Positions 26,076 to 37,812 of a stretch of DNA of 64,000 nt are shown here, in pieces; position 1 is the first letter of the stretch; every line of letters starts with the position of its first letter. The notes beneath the pieces are model-generated. The model searched no databases. It was not told where the DNA came from and saw nothing but the letters and a program-made list of their open reading frames with translations. Made by a program: the position numbers and the translations under genes. Source of the DNA: Podarcis bocagei (Eukaryota); NCBI GenBank assembly GCA_964188305.1, contig OZ076894.1; one strand, 5' to 3'.

Positions 26076-27662
26076 CAAGACACTTATACATACACTTACA
26101 TTTTAAGTGAATGATACACAGATATACAGCATGTACACTTAACGCAAACAGATAGTGAGGACCAATTGTCAATTCCACACCCACCCACGCAACACCCCCA
26201 TACCCCTCAACTATCCATTGGGACATCCCATTTTGGAGGGGGTCATGTGACTCACACAGGTCACGTGACTCACCAGGAGAACAGCCCTGGAAGACGGGCA
26301 CTGCTTTTCCACTGCGACATATTGGAGGGTATGCACCTCCTCAAAATGCACAATCCAATTACCCATATTTATTGTCAGTCCATGATAAAATTTGCCTCGC
26401 CATATAGCTAGAAGCTATAGGCCCACGTGATTTTGATAAGCATAAACAACTACTTCTATGTGGCAAGCAGCAATCTCCTAGACCTCAGACTGGGGGCCAA
26501 ATACAACCCACAAATCTTTTGGGACTCTCCCCAGGCCACACCTCTCAGCAGTCCTCCTCCATGCCTTCCTTCAGTGCTTTTGCCTGCTTGAAATATGTTC
26601 CTGAATGGTGATTATGCCTCTTGCTTCCTGGGATGGAGAGATAAGAGAGGGGTGTGAGAGTGTGTAGAAACTAGCCAATGCTTTCACTTGCTGCCCCATC
26701 CAGTTTTGCCTCTGGCCACCACCACTGGAATAAGGCTCTTGGAATGTGTTCTTCAGGCTAAAAAGCTTATTCACCTTTCCCTTAAGTTTAAGCCTACAGC
26801 CAGGCCCAGAACACATGCTTTGTGTTTTAAAGGACAAATGAAAAACAAGAACATAATGGAGCTCCATAAATTCTCCTCAGTGTGTTGCCTGCTTGCCTCC
26901 CTCCCTGCCAATGTTGTATTCCTAGCTTGCATGTAGTCACACCATCCTCATGAATTTTGGGGGAGCCACATCACCTCACCCTCCAAGGCCAGTCTTTGGA
27001 ATGTTTATCAGAAGGTGTCCTATACCGTTTTATTCCTTATTTTAGAGTGCGAGGAGATAACAGCAACACAGCGGCCTCTTAATGAGCTGACATAAATCCA
27101 GTCTAGTCTGGAACCGTTTCCCCCCTCACTATTTTTAGCCATATGGCTCCACTCCCAAGCAATACTCACTGAGTTCACAGCTTAGTGGGGGCTAAACAGC
27201 AAGGTGAACCGCATATTGATTATTACCCAGAGCGACGTGAAGCTTGTGTCATGCAAATACTAATGGGAGATAAAAACTCCTTATACCTTTAAACTTATCT
27301 TCATAAAACTTGGCAGGAGGTTAATTCCAGAAGGATCTGAGTTTTCTAAACAGTTTGGTTTAAAAGTTCAAAGGATTAAAGGATTAATTTGGGGGCCAGA
27401 GAGGCTAAGTCATTTCCTTATATATTTGTTTGACAAATGTTCTCATAAGCCAATGAAACACTCAGCGCTTGTCCCCATAATGCTGATGTATTACGGTAGG
27501 GCATGGTCTAGCTAATAGAGCATTTTGAGAGATGAGGGGTTAAATGTCCCAGAGCTGGTCACTGGGAATGGCCTATACTAAGCTTCTGAAGCCCACCCTG
27601 GATTGCAATCCAGATACCAAATCCCCATGGTTCTTGGTTGTCTTATCCCTATCCCTCCAAAT

Positions 27663-27797
27663 CAGTGGTGGCCAAACTTGGCCCTCCAGCTGCTCTTGGA
27701 CAACACTCCCATCATCCCTAGCTAACAGGACCAGTGGTCAGGAATGATGGGAATTGTAGTCCCAAAACAGCTGGAGGGCCAAGATTGGCCACCACTG
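27663..27797. mobile_element. Palindromic hAT MITE, well preserved
   Basis: TIRs CAGTGGTGGCCAA...TTGGCCACCACTG extend across most of the element. 8-bp TSD CTCCAAAT/CTCTAAAT with 1 mismatch. Confidence 0.9.
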
Positions 27798-27863
27798 CTC
27801 TAAATGCTCTGGAGACTCAAAAGCAAGACATGCTAACACGGCTTCCCTCCCTTCCGTCCACAT

Positions 27864-27999
27864 CAGGGATGGGGAAGCCTGTGGCCCTTCAGGCTGTGGT
27901 TGGACTCCCATTGGCCCCAGACAGCATGGGCCAGGGTCAGGAATGATGGGAGTCGGAGTCCAGCAACTTCTCAAGGTTTCCATGGGTTCCTTCCACCTG
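27864..27999. mobile_element. Older palindromic hAT-type MITE
   Basis: cagggatggggaagcctgtggccc...gatgggagtcggagtccagc...ccacctg. Confidence 0.65.
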
Positions 28000-28659
28000 T
28001 CCAACACCCTGCTTCCCTGGGTTGCAGGTGCTTGTCTCCCCAACCTACTCACAGTGCCAGTTTCTCCATATATTCCTAAAACTCCCAAATCACTCCTTTG
28101 ATTTCATTCTCCAGTTCTCTTCCTCCTCCTCTCTCCCTCTTCTTCTCCGCACAGTCAGGATGATGTGTGATTAGGTATGCATAATAAACTGCATGTTGCT
28201 GCATACAGTCTGTACACAGCAGGGCCAATGTAAGAGTTGAGCATTGTCAGATACCTGCTGAAGCTCCCTTTGAGGGGACCAAACCTCTGATCCTCAGGTC
28301 CTTCTGGTCTTGCTACTCTTGGAGCTCCTCCTTACTTTCACTGTCAATTCAATTGCATGAACTGCCTTGAACTCAGATGTATTTGTGGAAAATTCAGGAT
28401 ATAAATAAACGTATGTCTATGATTTAACGAGGGAGTTTCCTCAGGTGGCAGCTTCTGGGCACCATAGAAGGTTGACAAATTGCCAGCTATTTGAGTCTTA
28501 TATTTTTTACTGTGGAATCACTTGGATTTTTTGCTTCGGGTGCCAAAACACCATGAACGGGCTGAGAATTCAGTTCGTCTGAATCTATCCAGATATGGGT
28601 CTTTCTTTCATATTCATTCTGACAAGTCACAGATTGAAATTTAATCCACTGAACTGTGG

Positions 28660-28865
28660 TGCACAGATAGTTGGACTAGATGGGAGAGACCCAGGTTTGG
28701 AGCCCTCCTCCATCATGAAGTTTCATGAGTGACTTGGGACCAGTCACTCTGTCTCATGCTAACCTACTTCCCCATGTTGTAAGGATGTAATAATACAATT
28801 AAGGAACCAAGTATGCCACTTTGCAGTCTTTGAGAAGAAGGGTTAAGATAAAAATGTAATAATAC
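28660..28865 (+). mobile_element. Old MIR/Squam3-like SINE
   Basis: ttggactagat...gacccaggttt...tgacttgggaccagtcact...ctaacctac with an AT-rich tail. Confidence 0.55.
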
Positions 28866-30697
28866 AATAAAAATCAGATCCATGACATTTACAACAGTGA
28901 CAAAAAACCCCTGAAGTTTCTTTTTAACTGTCAACCATTCTGTTCTATTCATAGCTTTGTGCAACTCCACCAATGATGACAGCACAAAAAGAGATGAATC
29001 ATTTTCTTTCAAACATTGAAAATGACATTTTAATGCTTCCAGATATCCCTATAATTGTCCCACAGTAGCTTTTGTGGCCTGGCTTTCCTTGCTAAAGTCT
29101 TGCCAGATTGTGATAATGATTTTATCCAGACAATTTTAAGCACAGGGTTGTTGTGCTTTTTTAAAAAAGAAGAAGAAAACCAAACACAGGGCAATTTTGT
29201 CTGTATTTTATGTATAATTATTTAAAGATTCAGCAGATCAAATATATCACAATTTCCAGAAATGCAGGGTATTAAATTCCTTTCATTTTTAGCCAGGGCT
29301 TACTTGGAGCCAAAGCTTGGAAAGGTGTAGCCCTGGAACTTGTTCCCAAAGCCCTGGTTCAACACTGGAAGAGTGTCTATGACCATATGCAAGGTAGATT
29401 TCATTCATACTTTAGGGCAGGGGCAGGAAATCATTTGTCAGCCCAAGAGCTACATTGCCTCATTGCCAGCAGTGGGCAGAGCCAGGGGCAAAAGAGGATC
29501 GAGAACAGATGTAACACTGTATAATGGGCTGAACTGCAGCCACACAAAAGTCAGACATTTCTATAAACACATCTCTTCTTCCACACAAGTAAGAAACGGT
29601 TCAAGGTGATATTATAGCCACGGAAAAGAAGTATTCATGGAGGACATGGAACAAGGCCAGTGAGGGGTACAGGCTGTGAAGAAGGGGTATGTGGCCTGGG
29701 CAGATTCCTGGGGGCCTTACAGAAAGATCAAGAAGGCCACATTTGGCCCTTGGGCCCAACATTCCCTATATCTGCCTAAGGGCATCTGTGAGACATTTCC
29801 ACAACCACTTGGCTCATAACCACTGAGGCAAATGTACTTGAACATAGCAAATGGCCTTACATTGCATTGAACCATTGGTTTCCCCTTTCAAGAGCATACC
29901 AGCAATGAGCAGAGCTGGAGCCAACACTGGGTGGAGTTGTCTGTTTTCTCCTGCCTGCCTGCCTGCCTGCCTGCCTCTCTTCAACCCCTACTTTCACTCT
30001 CTCTGCCACCCCCTTTCACCCTAATTTTAGGTCCACTTCCTGCCACCTGCCTGAAAATGTATCAAGAAGCTCTACTGTTGCAGGTTTTGCATCCCTGATC
30101 TAGCCCGATAGCCAAGATCCTGTTTGCCTCCCAACCCTGCCAGCCAGATGTCAAGGACCAGACATCACCATGACATCACCTTGAATTCAAGCTGCTCTGC
30201 AAAGGAATGCTGTTTCTTTGCCCATGGTGGTTTGATTTCAGACTCTACAGGCAAAGGAACTAGGAACTACAGTTGCCACTGGTTAACTGTCAGTAGCCAC
30301 AGGTCAAACTTTCAGTAGTGATCTGCTCCACTTGGGATATCTGATCAGAACCCCTGGGTGAAACCACTCACAGGAAGCTTGCATTTGTTGCCAGATGCAA
30401 TCCCACTTGCCAAGAACAATTGGGAGCATGCTCTATTATTGTTCTTTAGCAGCCATGTGTTTACCTGACCCTCACCTGATATTAGCATGGCTTGGGAAAC
30501 ATGACTGTGGGCCCTCAGACCAGAGGCTTCCCACTGCCAGTCATGACAGTGCTCTCCAAGGTTTCAGGCTAGAGTCTTTTCCAGAACTACTTGGAGATGC
30601 TGAGGATTGAGCCTGGGACCTTCTGCATGCAGTGCTAAGGCAAAGCACTGCATGGATCCACTGCCACACACAAGATTCAGTAATACATGCAATGACA

Positions 30698-31007
30698 TCT
30701 TCTTCTTTGCTGATCACTTGTAGCCGAGTAAGATAGCCTTCCATAAACACAGTTTTAACAGTGAGTCCGTAAGTGACTGTGGAAGCCAATTCTGGATCCA
30801 CATGTCCTTCCACAGTAGGGATATTGGTTTCCAGGTGGGAGTTGATAATGGTGAGGGTTTGCCAAACGTGCCTTCCTCTTAGCTCATTTCTCTCTTTCAT
30901 CCTGAGTTCAAGTGTCTTCAAAGCCCATGACACCTTTGGTAAAGGCTGTTCTCCAGTTGGAGCGCTCGCAGGCCAGTGTTTCCCAGTTGTCGGTGTTTAT
31001 ACTACAT
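30698..31007 (-). mobile_element. RTE-clade LINE 3' end (not Bov-B)
   Basis: Minus frame CSINTDNWETLACERSNWRTAFTKGVMGFEDT*TQDEREK*AKRKARLANP...YPYCGRTCGSRIGFHSHLRTHC* with a degenerate C2H2 finger and (GAA)n tail. The TGA stops are consistent with CpG decay. Confidence 0.85.
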
Positions 31008-32312
31008 ATTGCATGTAGTTTCCAAACCTCCAGATAGTAGTTTGAATAACCACCAAGCACTGACTTATGTTCCCCATCTCTTTTAAAAATTAGAACCTTA
31101 ACTAAAGGCTGAGTCACCTGCAAATGAAGGCAATCTTTTTGCATTAGTTAAATTGAATTTTGCTTACTTGGACATAACTACATCACTCCATACAATTTTC
31201 AAATTAAAATATACTGCTGCCTGTGTCCCATGGCCTTGCTATAGTTTGCAGAAGCGAGATTCCTCCACATGATTCCAGATTAAAATTGGCTGTAACTTTA
31301 AAGAGAAACACAAATAGCATGAACAAGGCCAGCATGGAGTGGAGTTCTTGCAACTATCCAGACAGAGCTCCTGCCCAGAGACCAACTCTTTGGCAAAGCC
31401 TCCATCACCACCCCGCCTCCCACTTTTCCTGTTTGATTGGTGGCCATGGTTATTGGGCATGGCAGGATGTGGGAGTCAAATCTGCTCAGAAACCCAAGGG
31501 AAAGGTGTTCCTCATTGGCAAAAGTCATATTTTACCACCAGACATGGGGAAAGCATGAACATATTGGAATTTAAACCAGCACTGTGCTTTATTTAGAAAC
31601 AGCATGACCTCAATCTATTTTGTTTGGAAGTTAAGAAACAGCCTAGTCTGAAAGCCTTCAACCTCTGCATTTGTAACCAATACTAACTATAATTAATCAT
31701 TCACATCAAATGATTAATTCGTGTTTTCCTGATCATGTTAAATATGTAAAGTATTCTTGGGAAATTTTTCAAAGGCCGTAGGATCAATTTGTGCCCCCCC
31801 CCCAAGCCACGGTGAAGTCAGTTAGGAGCAGAGACACATTTAGGTAAGCAATCTGAGCAGATAGGTGGAAGTTTTCTTCTTCTGACTCCCATGCTTTTGT
31901 GTGTGCCTCTATCCATCACCATTCCTTAACCATCCACATCACATGGCAACAAGTGAGGTAGGCCATGGCAAGCTACATGCGTAGTTCTGCACACTGATTG
32001 TTGTGTGGTTGTGGTGGAGAATCTCTGGGGATGGGAGGAAGCTGATATATGGATGTTCTAGTCTTGAGCAAGAGTTTGGACTTGGTGACCACCTGGACCC
32101 CTCATGGCCTCTGACTCTGTGGTATATCTAGCTTGCGAGTCAATATAATTCCAAGAATTCTGCAACATAACACTTCTAGCATCTTCCTCCTTTTCTTTTC
32201 TTTTTCTTTATTATTTCCCCCCAGATGTGTTAGCTCTCCGGGTTGAATTTTATTTTTAATTTCCTGCTCTTACTTCTAACGACTCTGGTTCCTGTGCATT
32301 TTTGTTCTGTTC

Positions 32313-32480
32313 TCAACTGGTATTTGCAAGTTCTTCCAATGCCACATCATCAGCAAATTTATTTAATGTGATCTTTACTTTTTCTTCCCAACTGTGAATA
32401 TAATACTTAATTAAAAACAGCCCTAGAACTGATCCCTGTGGAACCCTGGACACCATTCCCCCACTATTTTGCATTGTTAA
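32313..32480 (-). mobile_element. CR1 reverse-transcriptase fragment
   Basis: SRVPQGSVLGLFL...TLNKFADD matches the CR1 RT motifs GVPQGSVLGP and KFADD. Confidence 0.85.
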
Positions 32481-32699
32481 CCCCTTGCTCACCCTAAGAA
32501 GATGCACAGTGTCCCCATGGACCACTTTTAGTTCAGTTAGGAAACAAGGATAGGGTTACCTTCTTCTATGTCCCTTAGCACTGGTGGTAACTGCCTAATA
32601 AGCAGCAGTGAACAGCTGGGTCTGTGCTAGATCATCTTTTCAAAGAGAGGGATCCAGACTGGATTCAGAGCCTGTTTCAGAAACAGTCACAGCAACCTT

Positions 32700-32940
32700 C
32701 AAATAATCCTGGGAACTCTAGTTTGTTAAAGGTGCTGAGATTACTTAGGAGACGCTCTATATACCTTGCAGAACTATAATTCTCAAAGTGATTTTAACAG
32801 TCAATACCTCTTCCTGAGTAAACTCTGGGAACTGCAGGTCTGTGAGGGAAATAGGGGACTCTCAAGAACTCTCAGCACCATTTACAAATACAGTTCCCAG
32901 GATTTAAACAGCTGAGGTAAGCTGTTTAAAATGGTATAAT
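32700..32940. mobile_element. Palindromic MITE
   Basis: atcctgggaactctagtttgttaaaggtgctgaga / tctcagcaccatttacaaatacagttcccaggat are inverted arms. Confidence 0.7.
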
Positions 32941-34639
32941 CCAAAATGGTTCAAATGTGCATTAAATATGCAAAATAAGCCTCAACCTGAGCACCATTTC
33001 TCTTCTTTTAGGGGACTCACTCGCTGGAAAAGCTGGAAAGAGACCTGGACTTGGTCCACATGACTTTAGCGCTAAACTATGTCATAGCTCCAGTAAAAAA
33101 GATAGGAAGAACAATCCCGTTCAGGTAAATGGTCCCCTAACAGATCTACATTACCTATTACAGTACAATGCTTACCTGTTCAGTGGAAGTCAGAAAGATT
33201 GCCTGGACTGACTCAAAAGCCATCTTCATCTTTGTTTTTACTGGCAGCTGTCCTCAGCACTGACATAGATTTGGGGAGAGTAAACATTCAAGTGACAACC
33301 TGGATGGCTGGACTCTAGGTTTCACCACATGCTGACTGGCGGTGATGAGAGCCAATCATTGTTTTGCTGTGGTCTTCCCTTTGGCATGGAAAAGGTACTC
33401 TGTGGGGCCCCATGAACCTTTTGCTTAGTCTGCAACTTTGCCCATAATACCAGAGAGCTTTGCAGCGCTGGAACCTGCAAAGGCTTCAGCACGTTTCCCC
33501 TCTGCACTGTAACTGAGAATCTTTGCCCTAAACTCTAGCAATATCACAGCACATGCCTCTTTTAGGAATAATTAGTACAGAATAATAAGAATGGTTTTTA
33601 AAAGTAAACCATCTTTGCTTGGCTCATGTTGTGTTTTTCAAATCGTAAAGGATCTAGGTTGTTTCTGTTTTGTGCCAGTTTATTGGCTGCCAGAAAAGGG
33701 CCCTCCACTTTGATTTTAATCATAGCCAGACAATACAAGCCCAAGTCTTTAAAAGTAGCTGCACCAGCTAGTGCAGTCCCCTGCTGCGTCATTTCAAAGC
33801 AATGTATTTCATGCTGCTAACCCTACAGTACGATTCCTGTTTTAGCAGTGGCTCCAGTAGCAGACAACATCCAATTTGCACCTCTCACATAAATCCACAT
33901 TTTGCCAATATTTGGGGAAGCAAACCATAAGCTTAGTAGGCAAGTAGTCTGTTAACAAATCTTTAACTATGATCTATTGTGCAGGAAAAGTGGAATTACG
34001 GAAGCTGAGTTTCACATTATTGAGTTCTCCCTTGCATTACCCAGAGGTGTTTGGGGGTTTTTTAACCTGAGATAATTATAAGTGTTTATTTTAGCTTTTA
34101 ACAACTTTAATCACATTATTTACCATGTGCTCATTTTGCCACTGAATGCAGCAATATTAGCCTGAACTTTCACTCACACATATACGAAACTTAATTACAA
34201 AGGGAACCAAGTATGATGGTTTAGGCAACTAATTGTACTAGACTTCACAGAGGCCAAAATGCAAATCTTTTACAAGGCATTAGTTGAATACTGGATAGGC
34301 TGTTACATATTTAGTCCAAAGGACTTGCTGCTTCTCATCTCATGTCATCTCTTCTGGACTTTCAGTGCCCTTTGATTCTAATATTGTGATCTAGTCTTTG
34401 CATATAAATTGGTTTAGTGTTCTAGGGAAGCAAGTAACTTTTTAGAAATATATACAGATCCATTAATGTGATGTAGCTCCCATTTATATCAATAGGTTGA
34501 CCTGAGCGTATTTGTTTTCTGAATTGCTCCTTCAATTTATATACCACTTAACAACTTAGGGCACTGTGCAGTATTCAACTAAATAGGTTTAGTAGTGCAG
34601 GGACTTTTCCCTACTCTTCCCTCTGTGTACACCCCACGC

Positions 34640-35115
34640 CATCCTCATATATGCTCCAGAGAGTTGGGGAAAGGCCTTCTCTGTGGTGGCCCCACATTGC
34701 AGAATGACCTCCACTTGGGGAATATGGCAGACACCTATGGTGCAGGTGTTTTGCCAGTTGATAAAAACTTACCATACTTACTTGAATATGATGTGCACTT
34801 TTTTGGCCAAATTATGTCATGAAAATTAGGGCTCAGGTTAGATTTAATGGTGCCAACAAATATTTTTTGGGTTTCAAGGTTTTGAAAATTGAGGTGTGCA
34901 TTAGATTCGATGGCGCATTAGATTCACGTAAATACAGTACATGTTCACATAGGCATTCCTAGGCACTGCTCCTTTGCATCAGCTTTACTGAACTCTGTTT
35001 TTACTGAACAGCATGCTTTACTGTTAGATTATTGTATTGATTTTATCTTGTAAAATGCCTTGTTATTTTTCACAATGGAAGATGATCTATAAATAATTTT
35101 AACCAAATGAATGAA
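34640..35115 (+). mobile_element. L2 LINE 3' end interrupted by a MITE
   Basis: aaggccttctctgtggtggcccc (KAFSVVAP) precedes the insert. KTYMF is restored when the MITE is removed. An L2-like tail follows. Confidence 0.55.
34772..34937. mobile_element. Tc1/mariner (pogo-like) MITE
   Basis: Imperfect TIRs ccatacttacttgaat / attcacgtaaatacag, flanked by TA on both sides. Confidence 0.7.
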
Positions 35116-36806
35116 TTCTCTCTTTCAAATCTTCATGAAGTTGAATTGAATAATAAATGGGTACGAGATTATTTAAGAGATTAACAAATACACAATTTTC
35201 TGTGTGTGCCATTTTTAACTTTGATATTGTGTTGTTTTGTGATGCTGTGATGCTGTGAGCTGTCTTGGGTAGGCTTTGCTCGAAAAGCCAGCATATAAAT
35301 GATATTAAAAACCGGATACAATAAATTTATTATAGAAGTAAGCATGCCAGTCCCTCAAACTTATGCTAGTTGGTGGATAAATTCTGAATGGGTCCCGCAT
35401 ACAATTCTCCATTTGCCTATAAATCTCTACACTCGTTTCCACCTCCCCCCAATATTCTTGCACTTCAGTAGGAAATGCCTTTCAAGATAATTAAAGATGC
35501 TTCTTGCTTCACTTCATAATTCTCATTTTTAAAATCTCCAGGAAATAACGTGCCTATTTCCTCATGTGCTTAAAAGGATGCTGATAACTCTGCAATTTAT
35601 CTATCCTTGCTCTCTAGTCTTAATATTTACAATATATATTTATAATTTAATTTCCCTAATACTTGGCTTGGCCACTGGGTGAACTTCTTTCAAATCCTGA
35701 GCTGCTACGTACATTGTCTTGTTGCTAAGGATGGGAGTCTCAAAGGTCTTGTCTACCAACCCTGAACATCATATCAGCTCTGCAGGATGGTATAGTGAGA
35801 CTGATGCTGGAAATAGCCAACACGGCTATACTGTATGTATAATTCTAACTAAACCTAGAAATGGACTGCTAATGAATGAAGTTTATAAGCAACATTGCAA
35901 GCCTCCAGTCAGTAGAGGGCATGGCTGAGACTAACAGATAGTCAGGGAAAATACACTTTGTGATTTCCCACTAAACACCTGAGCTCCACCCCTTTCTCCT
36001 GCTCTTGCTCTCTCCTCCTGCAGAACAAAGCCATGAAACTGCCTCTCATGGTGTAGTAAATAATCTTTTTTTTTCTTTACAAATGTGACTCTTGAAAATT
36101 TCATTTTACATTTTTAGCAATGATAGTGATGTGTGAATGTGATAGCCAATGGGTGGTGGGTTAGCTCCAGCTTCCGAGCTATTTTTACTCTGCTAAATAT
36201 ATATAAACTACCATACATAAGCCAACCAATTTTATTTTTTGCACCCTATCCATTCAAATGTGCCATAGTAAACATACTGGAAATGATGACACTGCACTCA
36301 TCTCACTCAGATTGCCATGTTGTTAGCACCTTTATGCTGCAATTGCCCAGCAACGTGGCAGCTAAAATAAGAGGCGATAATTCTGTTTCTAAGGTTCACA
36401 TATACATATCTATTAACTTGTACTAGTCCAACAGGCAGATGGACAATAAATGGCTTACCAGTAAAATAGTTCCTGTTGCTTTTGTTGTCAAAACGATTTA
36501 AAGTTTTCATTAAATAGCACTCTTGCAGAGAAGCATTCAACACATATATGATTATTAATGCTACACTAATGATGGATGAAACTTCAGGGAAAGCCATAGA
36601 ATCAAGATGTTATGTATGTGCAGGAATCACATTGTATACAGGTTGCAATGGAGGCATACAAGCAGTGTTCAGGTTATGATTCAAACAATGCTCATAACAT
36701 CCTCTGCAGTAATAATAGGAGTTGTCATCAAAACAGCTTAGGGCCGATTAAGAATAATCACCATTCTTTTATTAAGCATCTTCAATTTCCATGCAGAGGG
36801 AAATGA

Positions 36807-36957
36807 CAAGGGCAAGGAAACTGTGACCTTCCAAATGTTGTTGGAATTCGACTCCCACCATCTCCAGCCATTATGGCCAGTGGCCAGGGATGATGGGAGC
36901 TGCTGTTCAAAAACATCTAGCGGGTGGGAGAGAGGGATCACAAGTTCCCCATACCTG
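36807..36957. mobile_element. Palindromic hAT-type MITE
   Basis: Same family core (actcccaccat...gatgatgggagc) with CA...TG ends. Confidence 0.6.
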
Positions 36958-37599
36958 GACAATGGGTATCTGTAAGTCTCAGATAGGGGATTTCAAACAT
37001 GGCAAACAAAAGCTGTTTCCATAAACTGCGTTGTAATGATACTAATCTGTTGGTTTTTTTAATGTCATGAAGATGATTTGTTTGCTCTGTTAGGACACTT
37101 AAGTTGAATTATAAATCATCCAGGAACTACTTCCAATGCTGTCATTTGTTTAAAAACAAGAGATTGGAGGGGTGGGGGAGTACTATGCCTAAGTATGGCA
37201 AAATGAACAAACCACAAATATGAGGTATGCACATGCCAAGCACTTGCTCTGTTGTCTCATAGGCCCTCTGCACATATCAGGATGTTGAATGATTTTGTTT
37301 TTCTACCAAAGCACCGTACGGGGTATGTGAAACATGCCAAAAAGGCACATTGACCTTCTTAAAGGTCTACAATAACCTAATAAGGATCTCGAAGAATTTT
37401 GCGTTGACTATCTGATGCTTGCATTGGCTAATTATAGTAACAAGGACAATTGGTAGATGCATAAAAGATATGCACAATTTATGAGTACTTGCTTGGGGCC
37501 TGTTTCGTGGACTTCAGACCACTTAATTTTGAATGGGGCAATGGAGTACACACACACACATAACTTTTTCCTACCTCCTTGCTATGCCACCTATCATGC

Positions 37600-37812
37600 A
37601 TTTATTATTACATCGATCTCTTGTATTTCCAGCAGGGAGCTCAATGTGGCATATATGCTTCTCCTCCCCATCTTATCCTCACAACAACCCTGGAAAGTAG
37701 GTTAGGTTGAGAGAAGGTGATTTGGCCCAGTGAGCACCACAACTCTGTGGGGATTTGAACCCAGGTCTTGTAGTCCAACCCTCTTAGTCCAACCCTCTAA
37801 CTGCTACACCAG
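37600..37812 (-). mobile_element. Old MIR/Squam3-like SINE
   Basis: cttatcctcacaacaaccctg...ggatttgaacccaggtct (B box, antisense). Internal 14-bp duplication tagtccaaccctct. Confidence 0.7.

Noticed and set aside
33012-33124. Plus-strand exon-like segment (ttcttttag ... CAG/gtaaat)
   Set aside because: Two frames are open but neither resembles a known protein, and the donor is mediocre. Support is insufficient.
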